From Clostridiaceae bacterium (GTDB taxonomy: Bacteria; Bacillota; Clostridia; Saccharofermentanales; DTU023), in the NCBI GenBank assembly GCA_012521015.1, contig JAAYNE010000017.1, positions 1 through 42,361 of the forward strand: DNA of 42,361 bases. The letters run 5' to 3'. The notes under the pieces were generated by a model. That model was not told the DNA's origin and did no database searches. It worked only from the letters and a program-made list of their open reading frames with translations. Shown here piece by piece: positions 9,803 through 17,504 of the stretch. The translations under genes were made by a program, and so were the position numbers. Positions within the stretch are counted from its first letter, which is position 1; each line of letters starts with the position of its first letter.

Positions 9803-10549
9803 TCAAATGCGCGGTTCCGGATCCAATATAATTTTCGGATAATATTTTTTTAATTCTGTAAAAATTATTTCTTTTTGCTCGAAAAACAAAGCAAATTCAT
9901 TTGCAGCCAATCGAATTTGGGCAAAATCTCCCAAATATTTTATTCTGAAATCATTAAATCCCAATTCAAATAAAAAACTCTCGGCTTTTTCAGTGGTTTG
10001 TAATTTTTCCTTAGTAATATTCATGCCTTGAGGAATTCTTGTAGCAAGACATGAATATGCCGGTTTGTTTGCTGTCGACAAACCCGCTTTGGCTGATAAA
10101 TCTCTTATGTCAGATTTCGTCAAACCACATTCTCGTAAAGGTGATTTGATTTTGAGTTCAGTTAAAGCACGCATGCCGGGACGTTCATTGGAATCGTCGG
10201 ATGCATTGGTTCCATCTAATAATACCGAATAGCCATCAATTTGAGCCTGATTAATAATCGTTGATAAAATCATTGATTTGCAATAATAACAACGATCCGA
10301 ACCATTCTTTATCACATCAGGGTTCACAAAAAGATCTAATTCAAGAATTTTCAGCTTTACATCTAATTGCTCAGCTATTAATTTGGCATCATCCAGCTCA
10401 AATTGTGGTTGAAAATCAGATTTCACATAATAGCCAGTAATATCTTCAGCATATTGTTTTGCAGCATACAATAAATAAGTTGAATCTACACCACCGGAAA
10501 ATGCTAGTGCAACTTTCGGGTTATCTTTGAAAAAATCTGACAATTTCAT
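9803..10549 (-). CDS. larE: ATP-dependent sulfur transferase LarE
   Basis: PP-loop AFSGGVDS, RCYYCK, DGTNASD, RPGMRA, SCLATR. Confidence 0.93.
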   Translation of the reverse strand: MKLSDFFKDNPKVALAFSGGVDSTYLLYAAKQYAEDITGYYVKSDFQPQFELDDAKLIAEQLDVKLKILELDLFVNPDVIKNGSDRCYYCKSMILSTIINQAQIDGYSVLLDGTNASDDSNERPGMRALTELKIKSPLRECGLTKSDIRDLSAKAGLSTANKPAYSCLATRIPQGMNITKEKLQTTEKAESFLFELGFNDFRIKYLGDFAQIRLAANEFALFFEQKEIIFTELKKYYPKIILDPEPRI

Positions 10550-10702
10550 TTGTTATGTTTTCTTATTATATAATTGCTGTATTGCTATAAGTTTTTTATT
10601 GATATTTATTATAAAGAATAAATAATTTCAGCATCTACTAAATAATGCAGTAGTTTAGACAACAGAATATCAAATATATTAATTGCAACTCAAATTGAAA
10701 TT

Positions 10703-11116
10703 TTATAACTCACGTATATCACCAATCAATTCTTCTACTACGCCGTTCACTAATTTGCTCATAGTCAAATCAGGTACACCGACCACAATATTGTCACAGT
10801 GATTAACAGGAATCAAAATCCGTCTTGCCGGACTCTGTCCAATAGCCAAAGCCATTTTTGGAGTTACTTCACCCAACATGGAATCTGCTATCACTATTCC
10901 AATCGGTCCCACAATATAGTCCGCTTTTTTGCAACAAACTATTACAGCATTTTCGCCTGTCGCTACTTGATCGGCACCGGCTTTAAACATTGCAGATGTT
11001 GCCACCCCATTCGTGCCGATAGCTGTAATTGTAGCCTCAGGTAATAATTGCTTAATCGCTTTTACTACCTCTTTACCTATTCCTCCGCCCTGAGAATCTA
11101 TTACCAGCACATTCAT
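10703..11116 (-). CDS. DUF3842 family protein
   Basis: VIDSQGGGIG...AIGTNGVATSAMFKAGA...ATGENA...IVGPIGIVIADSMLGEVTP signature. Confidence 0.85.
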   Translation of the reverse strand: MNVLVIDSQGGGIGKEVVKAIKQLLPEATITAIGTNGVATSAMFKAGADQVATGENAVIVCCKKADYIVGPIGIVIADSMLGEVTPKMALAIGQSPARRILIPVNHCDNIVVGVPDLTMSKLVNGVVEELIGDIREL

Positions 11117-11393
11117 ACAATAAATTAACTTTCTATTTTCGCTTTGCTACAATACTCGATCACTTCTTCTAATTATTACTACTCATTTTACAGCTCAAAT
11201 CAGTTAATTACAATTAACAGAGCTATATCACAAACAATCATTCCTATACGAATTGTGTAACAAATAATACATTAAATATACAATTGCAAATTTTGGAACT
11301 TATGTTACAACTTGAAATTTGTTACTAGTATAATCTATAAACAATTCGAAAAGATTTGTAACAACGATATCACAACATCAAGGAGGAAAACTT

Positions 11394-12002
11394 ATGGCAA
11401 CTTATAAAGTCGATGATCTCGCATACGCATATGACGCACTGGTACCGACAATTGATGAAGAAACAATGCATTTACATCATGACAAACATCATCAAGCTTA
11501 CGTAAATAATCTAAATGCAGCTCTTGAAGGATTAGATATTGAAGATCAACCTATTCGTGAACTTTTATCAAATTTAGATCAAGTTCCTGAAGATAAAAGA
11601 CAAGCTGTAATTAATAATGGCGGTGGACACTTAAACCACAAATTATTCTGGGAAAGTATGACTCCAGGTGGCGCTAAAGAACCGCAAGGTGAATTAGCAG
11701 ACGAAATTGATAAAGCTTTTGGCAGTTTCGATGAATTCAAGGCAGCATTTGAAGCTAAAGGTGTAGGGCAGTTTGGCAGCGGTTGGGCATGGTTGGTCTT
11801 GGATAACGGTGAATTAAAAGTAACCAGCACTCCAAATCAAAACAATCCTGTAATGGATGGTGTTACACCACTCTTAGGCAATGATGTTTGGGAACATGCA
11901 TATTACCTTACTTATAAAAACGCTCGTCCAAACTATCTTAAAGCTTGGTGGGCAGTTGTAAACTGGGATATAGTAGCAGAACGTTATGCTACAGCAAAAT
12001 AG
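11394..12002 (+). CDS. sodA: Mn/Fe superoxide dismutase
   Basis: HHDKHHQAYV, NNGGGHLNH, FGSGWAWL, DVWEHAYY; AGGAGG RBS. Confidence 0.97.
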   Translation: MATYKVDDLAYAYDALVPTIDEETMHLHHDKHHQAYVNNLNAALEGLDIEDQPIRELLSNLDQVPEDKRQAVINNGGGHLNHKLFWESMTPGGAKEPQGELADEIDKAFGSFDEFKAAFEAKGVGQFGSGWAWLVLDNGELKVTSTPNQNNPVMDGVTPLLGNDVWEHAYYLTYKNARPNYLKAWWAVVNWDIVAERYATAK

Positions 12003-12037
12003 ATAGATAGTCTTATATTATTAAAAACAAATCAACC

Positions 12038-12082
12038 AAAAAACCGGTTCTTTTTACAAGATCAGAACCGGTTTTCTTTTTT
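12038..12082. terminator. Bidirectional intrinsic terminator (sodA / DUF503)
   Basis: aaaaccggttct(12040-12051)/agaaccggtttt(12064-12075), flanked by A and T runs, between convergent genes. Confidence 0.85.
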
Positions 12083-12101
12083 TATTTTCTAACAAAAAAA
12101 C

Positions 12102-12398
12102 TTAAGAATCTTCCAACGAAAACAAATCCCATTCAAAAGACAAAATTTCCCCATTAACTTCAGAAAAGATGAATCGCTCAATTTTTTCTTGCATTTCAAT
12201 TGCTTCACTTTCTCTCAAAGCAGTAAATGAAGCTCCTAAAACAAAACTTTGCCATTGATCCTGATCAGCAACTTCTCTTACTGACAAGTTAAACTTTTTC
12301 TCCAGTCTGGCAATCAAACTACGAGCTTCTTTGCGTTTGTCTTTCAGCGAATGGATATGCGGATAATATATTTGAGCTTTTATTCCCAAAATAAGCAT
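12102..12398 (-). CDS. DUF503 (YlxP-like) protein
   Basis: HSLKDKR...KKFNLSVREVADQDQWQ signature. Confidence 0.88.
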   Translation of the reverse strand: MLILGIKAQIYYPHIHSLKDKRKEARSLIARLEKKFNLSVREVADQDQWQSFVLGASFTALRESEAIEMQEKIERFIFSEVNGEILSFEWDLFSLEDS

Positions 12399-12404
12399 AG
12401 TTCA

Positions 12405-13730
12405 TTAATCGTTGAAGTAATGGCCTACAAACTTACCTGCCGGTCTGACAATTCTATTGATGTTGATTTTATCTTCCAGAATATGTGCCAACCAGCCAAT
12501 TGCTCTGCTGATAACAAATAACGGGGTAAACAAATCTTCCGGAATTTCCAGCATGTGATAAATAAATCCGCTATAGAAGTCAACGTTTTCGCAAATGTTT
12601 TTACCTTTGAGTTCTCCAATGTAGCCACAAGCTATTTCAGCAAATCTTTGATAAAATTTGAATTCTTTGTCATAACCTTTCATTGCAGCAACTTCAGCAG
12701 CATGTTGACGTAAAAGCAAACTTCTCGGATCAGAAATCGTATAAACAGCATGTCCCATTCCGTAAACTAAACCGCTATTATCAAAATATTCTTTGTTCAG
12801 CATTTTCTTTATAACATCGAGAATTTGATCATAGGTTGCATCCACGCCGATATCTTCTATTACTGTTTGCATCATGTTACGACAAGTGATATTAGCACCA
12901 CCGTGGCGGGGACCTTTCAAGGACCCTACTGCAGCAGCAAAAGATGAATATAAATCTGTTTGAGTTGAAGATACAACAAGACTGGCAAAAGTTGAATTGT
13001 TACCGATACCGTGATCTGCATGAAGGATCATCATTAAATCCAGAATAGATACTTCTTCTTGAGTATAGTTATCTTCACCTCTCAGGAGGTAAAGAAAACT
13101 CTCGGCTAAATCCATATCTTGTCTGATTGGATGAATGACCAGGCTTTCATTTCCCAAGAGATGGGCTTTAGCTTTATAGCAATAAATACAGATTGCCGGT
13201 AGTTTTGCAATAATTGAAAGCCCTTGTTTCAACGTATTATCAATACTGGGATCATCCGGATTTTCATCTTCACCGAACATTAACAGAATAGATCTTTGAA
13301 TTTTATTCATAATATTGATCGTGGGTGAGCGCAAAATATTACGCGATAAATATCCATCAGGCATTATATATTCAGAACGCAAAAAATCTTTGAAAGTTCT
13401 AAGTTCTTTATTACTCGGCAAATAACCATTGAGCAACAGGAAACAGACTTCTTCATAACCGTTATTGTCACTGTTGGCCACTTTGTTATACAACGCTTCC
13501 AAAGGAAATTCTCTATAAAAAAGTTCTCCCGGAACATCAACTTTCCTACCGTTTTGATCAATTGTATAGCCTACAACATCGCAAATTCTGGTTAAACCTA
13601 CAACAACGCCGGTACCATCTTCATTACGTAAGCCTTTTTTGACTTTGAACTCCGAATATAAATGATTCGGTATGGTATTACGATTTTTCGCCTTGTGATA
13701 TATATTCAAAATTTCTTGTATATTATTCAT
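12405..13730 (-). CDS. gltA: Citrate synthase (Si-type, GltA family)
   Basis: KKGLRNEDGTGV, LHADHG.GNNSTF, GPRHGGAN, GMGHAVY..SDPR, NVDFYSG. AAAGGA RBS favours ATG 13730 over 13799. Confidence 0.92.
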   Translation of the reverse strand: MNNIQEILNIYHKAKNRNTIPNHLYSEFKVKKGLRNEDGTGVVVGLTRICDVVGYTIDQNGRKVDVPGELFYREFPLEALYNKVANSDNNGYEEVCFLLLNGYLPSNKELRTFKDFLRSEYIMPDGYLSRNILRSPTINIMNKIQRSILLMFGEDENPDDPSIDNTLKQGLSIIAKLPAICIYCYKAKAHLLGNESLVIHPIRQDMDLAESFLYLLRGEDNYTQEEVSILDLMMILHADHGIGNNSTFASLVVSSTQTDLYSSFAAAVGSLKGPRHGGANITCRNMMQTVIEDIGVDATYDQILDVIKKMLNKEYFDNSGLVYGMGHAVYTISDPRSLLLRQHAAEVAAMKGYDKEFKFYQRFAEIACGYIGELKGKNICENVDFYSGFIYHMLEIPEDLFTPLFVISRAIGWLAHILEDKININRIVRPAGKFVGHYFND

Positions 13731-13909
13731 TACCAATAAATCCTTTCTTGATTCATAATGCATAAGTTCCAAAAATTCCGCTAGCTCCGAGGGAATCATT
13801 ATACATTAGTAAAATCACATAACTTTTGCAACCTAGTATTTTACTTAGCAAGATTTTTCACATATTATAATATTATTAAAATAAAATACTAAAGGTGAGG
13901 TGAATAATT

Positions 13910-15823
13910 ATAAGTAGTTTAGCATATAAAATTATTAAAAAACATCTGGCAGAACCTACAGAATTAAAAGCCGGGAATACCATTCGATTAGTTATTGATA
14001 ATACTCTAACCCAGGACGCTACCGGCACTATGGCTTATTTACAATTTGAGCAAATGGGTGTTGATAAAGTTAAAACAAAAGCTGTCAGTTATGTCGACCA
14101 TAATACGATGCAAACAGGATTTATGAATGCTGACGACCACAAATATTTGCAATCCGTCGCTAATCGTTATGGTGTGTTGTTTTCCAAAGCAGGCAACGGT
14201 ATTTGTCACCAGGTGCAATTAGAGCGTTTTGATAAACCGGGTGAAACCTTGTTAGGATCCGATTCTCATACTCCGACCGGTGGCGGTATGGCAATGATCG
14301 CAATTGGTGCAGGCGGTTTAGATGTTGCTTGCGCAATGGCGGGCATCCCTTATACCATGACTTTACCGGAAGTTGTTAATGTAAAACTGACCGGAGAATT
14401 AAAATCCGGTGTCAGTGCCAAAGATATTATTCTTAAAGTTTTGGAGCTCAAGACGGTTAAGGGCGGTGTTAATAAGATTTTTGAGTATAGTGGCGAAGGC
14501 ATCAAAAGTCTAAGTGTTCCGGAACGTAGTACCATTACAAATATGGGTGCGGAACTCGGTGCTACAACCTCGATCTTCCCTTCCGATGAAAGAACCAAGG
14601 AATTTTTAGAAAAACAAGGTCGCGGCGAGGACTATATTCCTTTAGCAGCTGATGAAGATGCCGTATATGACGAAGTTATAGAAATTAATCTGTCCGAATT
14701 AGAACCTTTATTAGCAGCACCCCATTCTCCCGACAATGTAAAAAAAGTTTCCGAACTTGCCGGAACTAAAATCGATCAGGTATGTATCGGTTCATGTACC
14801 AACAGCAGCTATACAGACTTAATGAACGTTGCTAATATTCTTAAAGGTAGAAAAGTTCATCCTGATGTTTCGTTAACAATTTCTTTCGGTTCAAAACAAG
14901 TTTTGAATATGTTAGCTGAAAGCAGCGGTTTGTCTGATATTATTGCCAGTGGTGCTCGTCTTTTGGAAGCTGCTTGCGGACCATGTATTGGTATGGGTCA
15001 ATCCCCACCGACTGATGGTGTTTCATTACGTACTTTCAATCGTAATTTTTACGGTCGCAGCGGAACCATGAGCGCAGGAGTATATCTGGTTTCTCCGGAA
15101 ACAGCTGCAATTTCTGCAATAAATGGTTACATTAGTGATGCCACTCAAGTAGAATACGAAAAAGCAACATTACCGGACAGTTTTCTGATTGATGATTCAG
15201 GAATTCTGCAACCGGATTGTGATTTTGAAAAACCATTAATTAAAGGACCAAACATTAAAGATGTTCCGGTTGGAAAACCTTTGGCCGCAATTGATAAAAA
15301 AGTAATGATCAAAGTCGAAGACAACATTACTACTGATCATATCATTCCTGGCGGATCAACCGTTCTACCGTTCAGAAGCAATATCGAGAAAATATCCGAA
15401 TTTACTTTTTCGCAAATTGATCCGGACTTTGCGTTGCGCTGTTTGAAAAATGACGGCGGTATTATCATTGGCGGCGAGAATTATGGTCAAGGCTCTTCCC
15501 GTGAACATGCAGCTTTAGCACCTTTATATTTAGGCATCAAAGCTGTAATCACCAAATCGTATGCTCGTATTCATAAACAAAATCTGATTAATTCAGGAAT
15601 TATACCTTTGGTTTTCGTGAACAATTCGGATTATGATTCGATTGATCAATTAGATGAATTAGAAATAGTTGACATTGAAAATTTGGCAATTGATAAACAA
15701 TATACTGTTTTAAATAAAACCAAAAATTCTCAGTTTAAGGTTACCCATGATTTGACTAAAGAACAAATCGAAATTATCAAAAACGGTGGCTTGTTAAACA
15801 CTATAAAAAAAGGCAATGAATGA
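13910..15823 (+). CDS. acn: Aconitate hydratase; N-terminus extends 40 codons upstream of the first ATG, apparent ATA start
   Basis: QDATGTMA, GICHQV, DSHTPTGGG, CIGSCTN, CGPCIGMG, RNFYGR, ITTDHI, NYGQGSSREHAA. The in-frame upstream stretch SSLAYKIIKKHL...IDNTLTQDATGT is aconitase-like. Start position is inferred. Confidence 0.9.
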   Translation: MSSLAYKIIKKHLAEPTELKAGNTIRLVIDNTLTQDATGTMAYLQFEQMGVDKVKTKAVSYVDHNTMQTGFMNADDHKYLQSVANRYGVLFSKAGNGICHQVQLERFDKPGETLLGSDSHTPTGGGMAMIAIGAGGLDVACAMAGIPYTMTLPEVVNVKLTGELKSGVSAKDIILKVLELKTVKGGVNKIFEYSGEGIKSLSVPERSTITNMGAELGATTSIFPSDERTKEFLEKQGRGEDYIPLAADEDAVYDEVIEINLSELEPLLAAPHSPDNVKKVSELAGTKIDQVCIGSCTNSSYTDLMNVANILKGRKVHPDVSLTISFGSKQVLNMLAESSGLSDIIASGARLLEAACGPCIGMGQSPPTDGVSLRTFNRNFYGRSGTMSAGVYLVSPETAAISAINGYISDATQVEYEKATLPDSFLIDDSGILQPDCDFEKPLIKGPNIKDVPVGKPLAAIDKKVMIKVEDNITTDHIIPGGSTVLPFRSNIEKISEFTFSQIDPDFALRCLKNDGGIIIGGENYGQGSSREHAALAPLYLGIKAVITKSYARIHKQNLINSGIIPLVFVNNSDYDSIDQLDELEIVDIENLAIDKQYTVLNKTKNSQFKVTHDLTKEQIEIIKNGGLLNTIKKGNE

Positions 15824-15856
15824 CTATAACATTATATAATCGCAGGAGTATCGTCT

Positions 15857-16273
15857 ATGAAAAGTTATCGTAAAGAATTATGGTTTAACATTTCACAAAG
15901 AAGAGGGTTGGTTAATATCACGCCTGATGTCCGGCAGGCAATCAGAGATAGCGGTATTTCTGAAGGACTTTGTTTAGTAAATGCAATGCATATCACGGCA
16001 AGTGTCTTTATCAATGATGATGAATCCGGTTTACACCGTGACTATGAACGTTGGTTAGAAAAGCTTGCACCGGAAAAACCTTATGAACAATACGATCATA
16101 ACGGTTTTGAAGATAATGCGGATGCACATTTGAAACGCACTATAATGGGACGCGAAGTCGTAGTCGCAATCACTGACGGTAAATTAGATTTCGGTCCATG
16201 GGAACAAATTTTCTATTATGAATTAGATGGCAAACGAAATAAACGTGCTTTAATAAAAATAATCGGCGAATAA
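15857..16273 (+). CDS. yjbQ: YjbQ (UPF0047) family protein
   Basis: [33 protein letters not shown]; AGGAG RBS. Confidence 0.92.
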   Translation: MKSYRKELWFNISQRRGLVNITPDVRQAIRDSGISEGLCLVNAMHITASVFINDDESGLHRDYERWLEKLAPEKPYEQYDHNGFEDNADAHLKRTIMGREVVVAITDGKLDFGPWEQIFYYELDGKRNKRALIKIIGE

Positions 16274-16556
16274 CTGATCTGTCAATTATTTTGTTATTTC
16301 CGGTGAATCATGTTTCTTATTATCCAGGTACAATGCCGTTAGCTCTCTGGATCATCTTCAGTGTACCTGACAGTAAAGAAATCGGTGCATAATCTGTCGG
16401 CTTTTCCGGTGTTGGATAAGCTGATTTATGTAATCGCTGCAGCAATGATTCTTACGCAACCGTTTATAGTTTACAGGATTTGGAATTATCTTGTGTTCAC
16501 CGTTTTCTCCGGCAAAAGATCCGGTCAAGTTGTTACCTCTCATGCTAATCAATATC

Positions 16557-16619
16557 AAAAAAGTGACAACGTTGCAGCTTTTGCTAAAAACCAACTGCAT
16601 AAGTTGTTGCGTTGTCACC
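16557..16619 (-). terminator. Terminator downstream of the cyclophilin gene
   Basis: gtgacaacg/cgttgtcac outer stem with tgcag/ctgca inner stem, followed by U6 on the minus strand. Confidence 0.7.
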
Positions 16620-16627
16620 TCTTGATT

Positions 16628-17155
16628 TTATATTTTTTCAGGTTCAGAATAGTCCGTGCCAAAAGTATCGACTGTGATTTGTTTGATTTTTTGATCTTGA
16701 TTCGGTCTATCTTGCATGTTACGAGGTGCATTGGCAATTTCATCTACTACATTCATACCTTCCAGCACTTTGCCGAAAGAGGCATATTGACCATCAAGAT
16801 GCGGTGAGTCTTGATGCATGATAAAAAATTGACTACCGGCGGAATTCGGTGACATAGCTCTTGCCATCGACAGAACACCTCGGGTATGTCTTAGATTATT
16901 CGTAAAACGATTCATTGCAAATTCACCGGAAATCGAATAACCGGGACCGCCCATACCTGTTCCGTCAGGACAACCGCCTTGAATCATGAAGCCGGGAATT
17001 ACTCGATGAAAAATACAACCATCATAGAAACCTTTATTAATCAAAGAGATATAATTATTTACCGTATTCGGAGCAATTTCCGGATAAAGCTCGGCTGTAA
17101 TTATTCCACCATTCTCCATTTCTATTGTTACAACAGGATTTTGTTTTTCTGACAT
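16628..17155 (-). CDS. ppiB: Cyclophilin-type peptidyl-prolyl cis-trans isomerase
   Basis: FHRVIPGFMIQGG, GVLSMAR, SAGSQFFI, HLDGQYASFG. Confidence 0.95.
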   Translation of the reverse strand: MSEKQNPVVTIEMENGGIITAELYPEIAPNTVNNYISLINKGFYDGCIFHRVIPGFMIQGGCPDGTGMGGPGYSISGEFAMNRFTNNLRHTRGVLSMARAMSPNSAGSQFFIMHQDSPHLDGQYASFGKVLEGMNVVDEIANAPRNMQDRPNQDQKIKQITVDTFGTDYSEPEKI

Positions 17156-17407
17156 TAAATTTCTCCTTTAATATTATTTACGACATTTTATATCACATTA
17201 AATTCTTGCTCTAAAAGTCACTAAAGTCTGCACCTGATTATAAAACAAAAACACTAATAGCTAAAGTTTTACTTTTTTCTGCAAAATGCTCGTTAATTGC
17301 AACTCGTCAATTACAATTTAAACTGAAATTAAGTTTCATAATTACACAACAAGTCTTCTGGCTACAGTCAATCTATCTTGTCAAAATGCAAACAAAGAAC
17401 CATTATA

Positions 17408-17436
17408 TAGACACTACGGGGGTGGAGTGTTAAAAT
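17408..17436 (+). promoter_or_regulatory. Sigma-A promoter of copA-csoR with G-tract CsoR-type operator in the spacer
   Basis: -35 TAGACA (17408-13), 17-nt spacer CTACGGGGGTGGAGTGT, extended -10 TG-T-TAAAAT (17428-36). C/G-tract operators are typical of CsoR. Confidence 0.75.
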
Positions 17437-17504
17437 TAAAGTGATTTTGCAAATCGTTTATTCTATATGAAAATTATTGTTAAAAAAGATATAAGAAATC
17501 CAAT

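Noticed and set aside
11305-11345. PerR-like box at the sodA promoter (TATAATCTATAA)
   Set aside because: Poor match, indistinguishable from a -10 element in AT-rich DNA.
16318-16356. Minus-strand ATCCAGAGAGCTAACGG resembling a SAM-I or T-box start
   Set aside because: The rest of either consensus is missing and no gene lies downstream on that strand.
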